Made by a program: the position numbers and the translations under genes. Below, one piece after another: positions 14,583-27,268 of a stretch of 64,000 nucleotides of DNA; the stretch's first letter is position 1; each line of letters opens with the position of its first letter. Location of the stretch: positions 1,178,001-1,242,000 of the forward strand of contig NW_026250406.1 of NCBI RefSeq assembly GCF_024521635.1, in the 5' to 3' direction. The notes below the pieces were generated by a model. That model worked only from the letters and a program-made list of their open reading frames with translations. It searched no databases and was not told where the DNA came from. The stretch comes from Tricharina praecox (taxonomy: Eukaryota).

Positions 14583-16708
14583 TTAGGCCTCTTGGAGCTG
14601 AGAGTCTCCAAGCGCCTCCCTATTCTCGTCGCTGTGGTCGTGATCCTTCTCGAGCTCGGTTATCAAATCATTAACAACCTGCTTAAGCTCGCTGACCGTG
14701 TAGCGAAGCATGTGGTCTTTCGAACAGCATCGCGCAATGATGCTCGCCAGCTTGTCCCCCAGTAGTAACTTCTTGATCGCCGGCAGGCAGTCGTCCTTCC
14801 TCGTGAGATCGCTCAGTACGAAGGCTCTCTCTGACAAGGTGCCAAACTTGTATAGTAGCTCGAGTAGGATAACACCGAGCGCCCAGACGTCCACCGCCGG
14901 GTGTCTTCCACCTTCCGGGGCAGAGTAGAATGGCGTTCCTATAGGAGAGCCGGACGCGACCAGTAGAGGGCTCGGGTTGTTGTCGATGGCCGCGACAAGA
15001 CCGAAGTCGCCGATTTTGGGGACTACGACACTGCCTGGATTCGCGCAGCAGTCCATGGGTCCGCCGATGTTGAGAAAGACGTTTCCTGGCTTAAGATCGC
15101 GATGGACGACGCCTTGAGAATGGAGGTACTCGACACCGGAGACAATGCCGCGAAAGATCGTGAGCGATGCCAGAGGGCAGAAGCAATGGCGGTCGTGGAT
15201 CTTGAAGCCACGGGGTGAGATGTAGTGGGTCAACGAGAGCGGGTGTAGCGACATCGTGATGTGTAACGTGATGGTGGGGCCGTCAATACGAGTGCCGCGG
15301 CGCACAAGGGCGCCGGAACCAGTGTCGCCATCAGCGAAGATGGATGTTCCGGTCTCTGTTGCGTTCTCGCCCATGTCCAAAATAGATGCGGCTTTGTCCC
15401 CGGTGACCGTGGTGCCCATATTTCTTCCCTTGGAGTCCTCGCTAGCGCTGCCAAGTTTCGAGCACTCGAACAAGATGTGCGATGTGTCCACCTTACTGTC
15501 ATCATTGGCACTGTAAGAATCGTCTTCGAATGTAATGTTGACATTTCGGATTTCGAGTCGGCCCCGTGCTTCGTTACTGGCGGCTGACGATTCATCGAAC
15601 TCATTGACTGACGATTCTGCATCATCCGAGCTCTCGTCTATGCTCTCCTCGGCGATCGGCGCGAGACCAGGGGCGGCGGCAGATGTGGGGACGGGGGCGG
15701 GAACGGGCGGGATTGGGGCGACAGTATTACCGCCGTGCTCGATCCAGCTATTGAAGTACCGGACAATGTTCGTATGGTCAAGCCTCGCCAGCGTGCGTAT
15801 CTCGTTAAGAATTTTACTCGCTTCGAGACCTACGCCACCGAGAGCAGAGAAGTCATTCGCCTTCAGGCGGATCTTTTTGAGAGCGTAACAAGCCTTTTGA
15901 GTATGTAAGTTTCCGGTATTGTGATGGAATGGAGTGGAGTAAAAACCTGATCCAGCTTGTGTACGACCTTGTACACCTCACCGAACCCACCTCTGCCAAT
16001 CATCTCGTGCTCGTGGTATTCTTCCGTGAGCTTTGACTGCTTAAAGGCCTGAGGGTGTCCCGCCGCCGCCGGATCCGCTACCAAAGCTGCAGTTCCATTG
16101 GCCGGACGAAGTAGCGAGGTCCCTTCGGGTAGAGACACACTCCTCCTGAGGAACTTAGGGCCTCCGAGTCCAGAACCAAGAGCGGAACCACTTCCATGCG
16201 CTACGGCTGGAACCTGCGTACTCGTGCCGGACGCCACCATCTCCGTCCCTGTTGCGACACCTTGGAGCCTCAACTGGTCCAATTTTTCCTGGGCATAACT
16301 CTCGGCAGCAATCATGTAGGCAGTTCGCTGCGAATCGTACTGTGGAGATACAGCATCTTCGAAGTTCAAGCCGACGGTTCCGAACTGGCTCGATAAGTCC
16401 TCGAATAGCTCACGCCTTGTCTCGGGAGACTCTCCTTGGTACCTCGTTTGAATCCAAGAGGCGACGATCGCACTTAGGGCGATCTGTGATTGAAGGTTTG
16501 GGTCAAGACTTCTAGTCGAGACTTCGACTGAATCGTTGATTATCGATTCCGTGGCCAGTGAGTCTTTCGAGACCGAATCATGCACCAGTGACTCACCATC
16601 TACATCGGTATTGTCGAGTACCGGTACTTCCTTCGCGTCATCGGCATTTCGGGAATTGGGCCTCGGTCGACTCGGGCTGCGATCGCGCACTGCTCCAGAA
16701 GAATTCAT
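14583..16708 (-). CDS. eIF2-alpha kinase family (HRI-like) Ser/Thr protein kinase, ~690 aa, 2 exons (16708-15947, 15893-14583)
   Basis: 53-nt intron 15946-15894 gives [26 protein letters not shown]. Then [22 protein letters not shown], a long acidic insert, LHITM (cf. LYIQM), [37 protein letters not shown] and FGTLSER. The insert and FxTxxER motif are typical of eIF2a kinases. No RWD or HisRS-like domains, so not Gcn2. Confidence 0.9.
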
Positions 16709-18833
16709 TTGTCTCGAAGAAGATGCGGCGAAAGTTGGGGTAGGGGATAGTTGGATGGAAAGGGACGAGGTTAAAAGAGTGTGGAGGGGGAAATTGTTGG
16801 GAGGACGGAGGTGAAGGGTGGAGGAAAGCAGCTCAAGCTCTTAAGGTGACGATATTTGAGTCGTTGCACATGAAGAGACCAATCACTACTTTCAAGGTGG
16901 ATGATGTCGTTCGCGATGTCGTTCGTGATGTCGTCGGTGGTGGTTGTCGAGTCGAGAGTGGTAGTTTTGGAGTGGTTGATGATGTCGTCGATTAGTCGTG
17001 CGGGCACCACGAGTCAACGGATGTTCGACGCAGCTTCTCAGAACGTGTTCAAGATTGTTGTGATGTTCGTAGGCACATTAAAAGTCTGGATGATGAGTTA
17101 GAAGCTATAATGATGCATATACTGGTCGCGGGGACACAAACCGTTAATGTAGGACGTACCTCTGGAAATCGCGATTGCCGCCGGAGAGCACAGAGAAGGA
17201 AAGACAATGGTCATGAATGGTCAAGATCACTTGATACCCGCCGGGAGCCTGCGAGACGGCATGAGGAGGACAGATGCGATTGTTCGAGTAGTCAGAGGAG
17301 GAACGAAGACGAAACGATAGAAGGTTGAGGAATCGCGGAGTAAGGTAAACCCTGCGCGTGCATGATCACATTATCCACGTATAGCATCTAGCCATATGTG
17401 GACTGGCCCGGCATGAGTAAGCAGGCAGACCGGGCCATGTAGAAGATCTCCATTTTACGTTGCAGAATTGGCAACTTCGATCGAACTACTCTAAACATTG
17501 CCTCACTAGGATCCTGTCTGCGGGGAATTTCCCGCAGCTTTAATATCCCCGGCCTCGGGTTCTGGAGATCTGAACCAAGAAAATCCGGCATTTCGGGACG
17601 AAGCCTGATCTGCACGCGACATGTCGACTCTCCGGTCATGACGATCTACATGCGTATGGGTTTCTTCCGGGTTAGGGTTCTCAAACCGGTATGCTGCCGT
17701 TAATCGTTTGACTGAATATGTACGTCGGTGGCTGGTGCTGACGAAAACAGGGCGGTGCAATGCGGGTTGCTGTTGAAAAGAATGCGGAATCAGGGTCATG
17801 GAGCGGCAAAATATCCACTCCCGATGAGCGGAATTGGGAGCCGGAAGCATTGTTCATGTACTCTAGATATCTGTAATTATTCATTTTTCTCAACGAATGT
17901 CAAAATCCTCCCACGAATGATGGCCACTTCGATAAGATCAAACATCACTAACCGGTGAAGGCTCCTAGATGCCAGAATTATTCTTGCAACTTGTAGTACT
18001 TCATTTTTGCAGAGCAGACCGCCAAACTCACTCGACACTGGACGCTGGCGGGAATTGTGGTCGTTAATCGCACTGGGAAAGTGGATTGTAACGACGACTT
18101 CATCATCAAATATCACCCGTATTGCAACTTATAAGCTAGTTTGAATCTGGTCGTATCAGGAAAAGTTCCTAAATACACAACTGACTCCTCACATTCATAG
18201 AGATAGCTATTTGACTAAGTATTTAATAATGAGAGGCAGTCCGCACAGCTATGAATTCTGACCAAATAACGACGGGCACGATTAGGCGCAGGGCTGCCCT
18301 GAGGATTCTTCCCGATTCTCAATGGTGCGGCTTGTTTCCGCCAAAACTCAGAGTCTCTGAGGAGCAATGATCTATCCTATCATTGTAATCGTCGTAGGCC
18401 ACCTTGGGCGACAATGACTTCAACATGACCTTCTCCACGTCGATTGATATCGTTTCCACTGACCGACCTGTCTAATCAAACTGGTGGACATGCACCACAT
18501 CCAACAGCAAAAGTTCCTGAGTTGACACTACCGCTGGATTTTACCTCGGCTATCCAGCATTGACCCTCTCCCTTACCGTCAGCTCACTCGCCTGTTAGAT
18601 ATATCATATGACCCCCTCAATCCGACTATAGACATCAACACCCCCTCTACTCCTACTCTCTGTACCTCCTACAACTGGAGTTTTTGACTCGACTTGAATA
18701 CTTTTTATCGCTGCAGCCGAAATAGTGTTCTAGTTATCACTGCTGGATAGGCTAGAGTACTTCCGATTCACGGAACAAGTGAAAATACAACACAATAATC
18801 GCAAAAACCATCAATTCCCCATCAACACCCCAC

Positions 18834-20251
18834 CTATCTAGCGCCGGGCTTCCTACTCTCTCCGTCGCGATGAAGATATCTCGAATCTACCCACACAGGC
18901 CCATGCTCTGACATCACGACGGTTTTCGTGACAAGCCAAAGAGGTGTCGGAGGCGCGGGGCGTGGAGGCCAAGTCATTGTAATGGTCTTGGTCTTGGTCT
19001 TTGACTGACGCATCGATTCCTTTGCAACTTCCTGGTGACTTGCACCCACTGGAACCGGTGATATCTTCGACTGGTATGGTGATTCAATCCATCGCCAGTG
19101 GTGCTCGGTATTGGAGCCTGCGTCTTTCACTTTGCGCTGGACGAGCAACACGTCGTCGAAGGCGCCATGGGCATTAGAATCTGCCTCCAACTCGCTCGAT
19201 GTTTGGGTGCCGACATCAACTGTATTCGGGGGAGGGCCTTGAGGCAGATCCGGGGGAGGGCCTTGACGCGAACCCGGAGGAGGGCCTTGAGGCAAATCCG
19301 GGGGAGGGCCTTGACGCGAATCCAGGGCAGAGTCTGGAGGAGAATCGTTAGGTTCACGGCTGGTTGATATGAACGAGTGGAAGATCTACGAGAAGTCGCA
19401 GAATCTGGGAGCTACTTACCTCGGAATACCACTCTAAGTAGGCGTGTTGAACGTTGCGCATACGGTTTAAGTCTACACTCTGACATCGCGGTGGCAAGCC
19501 AAAGAGGTGTCGGAGGCGCGGGGAGTGGAGGCCAAATCGTTGTAATGGCCTTGGTCTTCGACTGACACCTCGATTCATTCGCAACTGCTGGGCGATCTGC
19601 ATCCACTGGAACCAGCGACGTCTTCGGCTCATGTTGTGATTCAACCCATCGCCCGTGGTGCTCGTTATCGGTGCTTGCGTCCTTCACTTCGCGGTTGACG
19701 AGCAACACGTCGCCGGAGGCGTCATGGGCATTAGGATTTGTCTCCAACTCGCTCGATGCTGCCGTACTCGGGGGAGGGCCTTGATGCGAATTGTTAGGTT
19801 GTCGACTGTTCGATATAGGAACGAGTGGAAGATCTACGAGAAACTGTAGAATCTCTGGGAGCTACGTACCTTGGATTAAGGCCCTAGGTTTAAGTTTCGA
19901 AGGTCGCTCGTACGATTTGAGCAGCAGCTTCACCCGCTCTCGGTACTTGCGAATCAGGGCATCGTAATTCGCCTCTAACTCGCTCAATTTTTCGTAGTCG
20001 ACATCAGCCGTATTCGGGGGAGGACGTCGAGGCGAATTCGGGGGAGGACCTTAAGGCGAATCGTTAGGTTCTCGGCTGGTTGATATAGGAAAAAGTGAAA
20101 GATCTACGAGAAAGCGTAGAATCTCTGGGAGCTACATACCTTTGGTTACGACTCTAGGTTTGGGTTTTGTTTGTCGTTCATACGGTTTGCGCTTCACCTG
20201 CTCTCGGTACTTGCGGCGGATATCGGGGCCCGCACCCTTAAATTTGGTCAT
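18834..20251 (-). CDS. Orphan protein with internal duplications, ~383 aa, 4 predicted exons (20251-20140, 20049-19870, 19779-19420, 19333-18834)
   Basis: Three phase-1 introns (90, 90, 86 nt), each GTA[T/C/A]GTAGCTCCCAGA...CCTAAC...AG, restore one open frame from MTKFKGAGPDIRRKYREQVK to ...GESRKPGAR*. No family recognised. Confidence 0.6.
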
Positions 20252-20317
20252 CTTTGGTGATTTGTATTGATTGGTATTTCTGGATAGCTAGATGATCAAT
20301 GATCGATGATCGTGGAG

Positions 20318-20540
20318 GTCCTGGAGGTTGTGATGTTGAGCTTCAGATGGTATGTCCTGGAGGTTGTGATGTTGAGCTTTAGATGGTATGAGACGCCTAC
20401 TTTTATGTCAGCTACCTATCACGTTTGAAAGGTGTTGCTCGGTAAGATGAGTTCAATGATACAACCTTTGAAAGGGCATCCGATTAAAATATGTTGGCCA
20501 TAAGATGACTTCAATGATACAACCTCCGAAGGGGCACCCG
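20318..20540. repeat. Two short direct duplications upstream of the orphan gene (36-bp tandem 20318-20390; ~39-bp pair at 20443 and 20501)
   Basis: gtcctggaggttgtgatgttgagctt[c/t]agatggtat x2; taagatga[g/c]ttcaatgatacaacct..gaa.gggca.cc x2. Confidence 0.85.
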
Positions 20541-22123
20541 GTTGCACTGAAATATTTTGAATTCTGGGGAATATAGTCGCATGTGCGGCGGCGTTTTGTT
20601 GTTTTTCTTGATGTTGCATGCGATCCACGTACCTAGATTTTAGCCAGTACAAATTCCTGGTCTTGTCCGCAGTCCGAATAACCAGATCGATGCAGCGACC
20701 CATTCCGCCTTCCGACTGGCAACCGTACCGATTAGTGCGCCGAGACGAAATATAGTAGTATTGACTAAAGAAAAGACGTCTTACAAGCTACTGCTCCTCC
20801 ACCTCCTCTGCCTCATCTACCAGTCCCTCATTCCCTAGTGCCGTCCTCCTCTAGCCAAGCTAGACATCTGCGGCGACGGTGGGTTGTAGAGAGATAATAT
20901 CAATGTATTTCGCATACTACCTTACTCGGGGGCGGCAGCGGATTGGAACTTGGATTTGCAATACCCAGCAGAGGGAAGATAGAGTGATTTAACATGATCC
21001 TTAACCTCTCTCACCTCGTACTTACATAGTAGGTATTCACCGCATGTCTACCTCCGCTGTGAAATAATACTATTCCACTCTTCTTAAACATGCTACTGCC
21101 CCTCACCATGTCACTACATAATCCACCAGTCCACGGCGTTCATACAAACAGCAACTTGGCCCCAGGATACCACCGGCCAGGAAATCAGAGTTTTTGAGCT
21201 CAAGCACGAGATGGCGAAAGTGAGAGCAAAGTGGATTTAGGCAAACAAGGTCCAAATATTACTCTGATAGGAGTATTTGGATTAGTACAGAAGTATACGA
21301 GGTCCTTCACAATGTATGAGGAGGATAAGTTCTGTTCGATCAAGAAGGCCTTCTCCGTGGTCGATTTCGCGATTATTTACATCGCGTTAATCGCTCGTAT
21401 TCGGTCAATCTTTTAATCGTGCACTTGGAATCTGTGAGGGCTGTGTTTCGGGCGTGGATATGGAAGCATAAAGGTTCTTCACGCTTATTATTGATCGCCT
21501 ACTACCTAGTACAGGGCATAGTGGTGAACGTCATCGGGTGAAATGGGATGTTAGGAACGGGCCGGGCCGCAACCTGACTACCCGTATCGAGGCGATTCTG
21601 TGTGCGAAGGGGGGTTGGGTAGGAGTCCATGAAGGAAAACATCGCGAAGGCGACCCGCATGGGATTTGAGTCCTCGATGTCGATGAGAAAACCAGACGCT
21701 GTGCGCTCCATATTAGACCGATTAAAACCTCTCTAGACGCCCATATGCTTTTCTGGACTCCTATGACATCTGGATTGAGAGCTATCGTTCAGCCGGAACT
21801 CTTTGCAGAAGACTGTGATGCGCTGAGGCGGAGGGCCATTATTTCATCGACGAAATCCGTACATGTAATACGACCGAGAAGGGACAGTAGAACCTAATAT
21901 CCCACCCAGTCACAGACACAGGTTTTCTGCAGTTGGGCGAGCCCATTCATAGATCTATGGGTGGGCTGGCTGTCTGCTAGATAACGTTTCCGCAACATGA
22001 TCAAATGCACATTTTCACAATTTCGGCTAGTTGTCGCCAAGGTTAAAATTTTCGCGTTCCCCTACACTTCTAGATTTCCATCGTCGCGAACACCTTGTCA
22101 ACGAACACGCCGTCCTCACCACC

Positions 22124-23342
22124 ATGTCCACCGTCACCCAGTCCAATCCATTCGCTCCGTTTTCGGCAAAAGACTTGCAGGAATTCGAAATATGGATGAA
22201 TCAAGACAAGGGCCGGGTGAGTTTTGAGACTTGAGTCACTGGCAGGCATTGGTGGTTTCTAACTGCCCATCAAGTCGCGGTTCACCGAGGAGAAGCGTGC
22301 GGAATATTGCGACTGGGTTAGAAACCCCCACGTGAAACCAGCACCGGGTGCCGAGCAGAAGAGACTTTGGAATCACAAATATGATGCACTGTCGCACTAT
22401 CGCGTCGACGGCGACGGCAAGTTGTATCGAACATCGACCGCCGAACGGGACCGAGGACGGAGTGATCGCCGGGTGATTTGCGAATCGGAGATTTTTGGCA
22501 CGATCCGAGATGTCCACGTTGAACTTGAACATGCTGGAGTCAACAAGGTGGCTGCTGCTATCGCCGATAGATATCATGGAATTCGGAAGATAGAGGTCGA
22601 ATGGCTGCTGAAGAGATGCTCAACATGTCCTGCTGAACGTCAAAACCGATCCCGTGCACCGCTCGAACCAGTTATGGCGGCCAAAAGTCCTCCCGCCGAG
22701 CGTGTTCAGATCGAACGGATCATCGCCAGCCGTCCTCTCGAGCGTGTTCAGATTGATCTGGTGGATTTGCGACATGAGCCTGATGGGTATTACCACTGGA
22801 TACTGCACATTACTGACCACTTCTCAAAGTTCACCTCGCTGTTCCCATTGATGACCAATATATCCGAAGAGGTTGCAAGATGCATGGCACAATGGATTGG
22901 TATGTTTGGCCATCCAGAAATCATACAGGGTGACAATGGCCGGGAGTTCAAGGGCTATTTACTTACACTGTTGAAACACTACGGCATTCGCGTCACCAAT
23001 GGAAGACCCCGGACACCACGGATTCAAGGCCTTATTGAGCAAGCGAAGGAAACGATGATGTCCAAATTGCAGTGCTGGAAAAGCGATGTGGAAAGAGAAG
23101 GATTGGATTCGAGGAGGTGGGCTTTGGCTTTACCACGTATTGCGTTGGCGATGAATTGTGAAAGCCATACCAGTCTTGGGATGCGGAAGCCATATGATGT
23201 TTTCTTTGGCCGGGGCCCAGGGTGGGATAATGATGGCGATGCTCTGTCACGCCCATCAGAGCGCACTACACCCGCAGCTATGCTAGTGGATAATGGCGCA
23301 GACTCAGGACGAGTTCTGAGGAAAAAGAGGAGGCGGGCCTAA
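22124..23342 (+). CDS. Integrase-like DDE protein (HHCC zinc-binding + rve core; Ginger/KRBA2/SCAND3-like), ~386 aa, 2 exons (22124-22216, 22275-23342)
   Basis: HVELEHAG...RCSTC (H-H-C-C); RVQIDLVD, TDHFSKF, QGDNGREF and RPRTPRIQGLIEQ with D-D-E present. 58-nt intron GTGAGT...CTAAC...CAAG keeps the frame. No gag, protease or RT nearby. Confidence 0.88.
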
Positions 23343-24192
23343 GGTTGAGGGAGGGAGTTGATGCTTAGTATAGGCAGCTTATTTTCAATCAAGGGCGTAG
23401 TGTTGAGTGAATCTTTTTTCTCACGGCTATGTAGTTCACATTCCCGGCTGAGTACTAGGCCAGCCCGGTCACCGGAATTTTTGGGCAGTGGTCCGGCCTA
23501 TCTTTAAACCGTGTGATCCGGCGTCTGGGCTAGAACGGTGAATAAATTCTTGAACTCTCGCGAACCTCTATGCAGACATCCAAGTTAAAAAGTCGATACA
23601 CCCAACATGCGCAAGCACCCAGTGTCACTCGGTTCTCTAGGTTTTCGGCTCCATCACCAATCCACAAGCAGCTGTGACGGGACTCCTTTACATATCTCTG
23701 TGCTCAGGTTGATACCAGAGAAAGTAGAGTTCCATTGAACTGCACACTTCACGATGGCGGGGTGACAGGCACATGAGTTTAAGATAATTACCATGCCGGA
23801 TAATGATTGCAGACACAACCAACCCAAAGAAACAAAACCACCAAGCAGCTATGAAGTGGCAATCACCAACCTTCAGCATCATGCCATTCTACGGCATTAA
23901 TAACCAACACCTATGACAACCCGTACTACCTGGCACGCGAGGGTGGCCACGAGGATGGGTAAAGCAAGAAAGTACCTAAGTGGCCGCCGGCCAGCCCGAT
24001 ACGCGGAGAATGTTTCCGGCGGTGGGAGGGGCCCTTCCCGATCACTCACACATACAACGCCTTTAGGAGGGGCGTCTCCTGGCCAGACAAGCCGGAGACA
24101 TGCGTACGGTACACCACTGTTGCTACCGAAAAGCGGGAATGGAGGGAGGAAGGGAGACGGAGGATGTGCCGACGCCGTGTCTCATATATGTA

Positions 24193-25524
24193 CCATATTG
24201 AGCCGTGTACTAATGTCTTTAGCCTTATGTAGGGCTTGAATAGGCAAACAGTCCTCGTATAAGCCAGCTATAAGCGCGTTGAGCTCGTGAGGCCTCAGTA
24301 AGGGCTGTGTTAAACTAAGGCTGATGTTCTCATTTCCCTAAAATTGTCGTAACTCCTACATAATGCCTATGCAGCAACCACCACGAACACCTAAATTGGC
24401 CTTGTCGCTTTGTAAGCCTCATAGCTTTCGTCAGGCCTATATCGTCATTGTTGCAATGGACACTACTGCCTTACAATAATGACCGTGAAACTGGCAGGTT
24501 TTGTGAAGCATTATGCCATATATCAGTTCGAGACAGAAAATCCTTACAGCTTCACACGCTCAGTTTCTTCACATGCATTACACAAGCCTTCGATGAGGCT
24601 TAGTCGGACATATCGGTTCTATCACTCTTATGAGTTAGTGGTGCATATGCGAAAATCAGCCTGCTTGACACCGGCGACGGCGGGTCGAGAGGAGAGAGCG
24701 GAGGTGGGAGGTTGAACATCTAGGTATTCTGTAGATGGTGATGAGAGAGAGGCAGCTCAGACAGAATCAAACCCGCCAGATAATGTCCTAACGTATGGTT
24801 AGCAGCAAAGTTTTCTGAGGACAGATATGATGAAGCTTATTTTGAAGTTTAAAACCACCGAGCCCACGGCTCGTCCTCTTCATCTTTCTAACAACTCCTC
24901 CTCATCTTTCTAACAGCTCCTTCTCTTGCCAACAGCTCCCCCATAACTTCCTCCACTTCCTCCCCTCGATGCCAGCAAGTTATCCACGACGAGGAGCAGT
25001 ACGGGAACACAGTACTATGGTGAGCGGGAGACGGTATGGGTATGGTGGCGGGGGACTGGGAAGCGGGGAAGAAGAGTAGTTTAGGTGTATAAGGGTACGG
25101 AACAAGTGATAGTCATCTTGAAATGAAGAGCATCGATAAGTGATAAGCATTGCAAGAGATGAGGCTTGTCGCAGAAGAGTCATCAAGGAATCCTTATGAG
25201 CGTATAAGCCTTACTAATCCTTATTTTTCAAGATTCCCTACAGAGCCCATATAGAACTCTTATGAACTTCCAAGGCGGGCGGGCCCGTAGTGGTTGCAGA
25301 AGGCTTACGAGTCGGGACTGATTTTCACTGCACACAGGATTGAGGAAGCCATATTCAACAATCAGAGCTGGAATTTGAAAACCCTGACTGAGCCTTATTT
25401 TACGACAAGAGTTTTGGGGAAAAAATGCTAATATTAATAATTTTCCCCCAAAACTCTTGTGTCAAAATCACCCTCATATGTGGCTGCCATAATGCTTTTG
25501 ACTTTAGTACACGGCTCAATATGG
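24193..25524. mobile_element. Non-autonomous TIR DNA element (~1.33 kb), Tc1/mariner-pogo type by TA flanks
   Basis: Perfect 21-bp TIR CCATATTGAGCCGTGTACTAA (24193-24213 / 25504-25524), extending imperfectly to ~37 bp. TA on both sides (24191-92, 25525-26). No transposase ORF recognised inside. Confidence 0.8.
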
Positions 25525-27268
25525 TATATAGAGTATTTGCGTCGAGCGAAGGAATCGCTCCACGTTGCGCAAGACAAGACAAGACAAGAACATGGCTATG
25601 TACATCCTGCTCTGGTCCAAACCGACTCAGACGATCGAGCAATCAGATTCCGTCCTACCTATCATGGAGGAACTGGTTTGATATTCGCCACTATCTATCT
25701 GTTTCACCTCCCTCTCCCGTCCGCCAACAATCTGAAACCTCAAACACCGCTCTTCACTGCCAGTCTGCCACTCCGGCGGGCCCGGGATTGGAAAATCTCT
25801 ATCTATCGACTGGACTCGATGTTGTTCTAGAGCTCGAGCCAGCTGCTATCAACGATAACCTCCAGCCGAGAAGACACATGTAACTCTCTGATCCATTCAC
25901 GTGTCTCACCTGTCAACCCCCTAACTCATCCACCATGCCACCCCACGCTTCCCACGCTTCCCATCTAGCGCATCCTGCCACGGTGGCCCGTGAGCGATCT
26001 AAGCCTGGTCCATCATCCGAGGCCGCCTAGCTTACATAGTAAGGCTGTGTGCGAACTAAACTGGCGTTCTCTCTCTCATCGCGGCCGCCTCGGCCCTTGA
26101 TTCATCATCCCGCCGGTCTTGCGTGCATACATATCTCAATCCCTCCCGACGTCGGCCACGACCAATGATCATATGTATCCAAGGAGGACACATATATATG
26201 CGACGTATCTACCGTCCAGCATACATACACGTGCACCATCCACTGGCCTCAGTCCGACCGAGCCTGAGGTGCGCATGCTGCGTGCATGCTTGCTTGCTTG
26301 TTTTCTCGGCTGGCCTCGCTACATGCAGCGTATCGCAGAGAACGTTGTATTCATGCTGTCTCACTCATCATCATCATCGTGCGCCGCCCGCCCGCCCGCC
26401 CGCCCACTTCCCATCCGATCCGACGCACGACGCACGACGCACAAAGCAGCCCCGCTGTGTCTCCATGCCGCCCCTCCATCCCCGCCAGCGGCCAGCGGTC
26501 AGCCAGCCAGCCAGCCTATTGATGCCACCCCCCACCGCCCACCCCCCACCGCCCAAGGATATCTGGGTAACCCCGATCTCCGGCCGCCAATGTCTCCGGC
26601 GTCCGCGGTCACATTTCCGGAGCTATGTAACTATCCCAGACATGTCCAATCAGATCCGAAATCATGCCCTACTCTAGTTAGTCCCTTCATTTCTACGTAG
26701 ATAGCCATCCATATCGCCGGTCGACCCGTCTAATCCCTGCAGAATCTGGTTTACTAAGCGCAAAAGACTGGGCCTAGGAGCGGGGCCTGGGAGGGGCCCT
26801 GGGATCGACACGGACACGGACGTCTCCACTCCGGTGTGCCGCGATTGCGTGCTTGTGCTTGTAGACAGATAGAGTAGGAGTACCTGGGTGGATATGACAG
26901 CTGGCACTGGCACTGGCAGGGCGATGAGTCATGCAGGGCAAGGCGGGGGATCACTGTGACGCAGAGGTAGTTAGTGGCTGAGGTGGCTCAGGTGGCTGAA
27001 GCGAATCCAATTGCCGTGAAGATAGTTACGATAAAATACAAGTTGTCCACGAATGACCGCTGAAGCGCAAGCCAAAAGCGCAAAAACCAAAAACCAAAAA
27101 CCAAAACCAACCACCGATCCAGAACCCAAACTCCATTCATCAAACAGTGACCCAACCCGATCAACCCGAAAACGCTATTTGGCATCCATCGTACAGTAAA
27201 AGTAAAAGTAGAAGTAAAAGAAAGAAAGAAAGATACCCAAAACCCAAACCCAAACCCAAACCGAAACT

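Noticed and set aside
17400..18800. Possible decayed gene fragments (also 20900-21900)
   Set aside because: Short ORFs with no recognisable motif or consistent splice model
21900..25526. Integrase gene as the transposase inside the neighbouring TIR element
   Set aside because: The gene lies outside the TIRs, and TA-flanked ends point to a different superfamily
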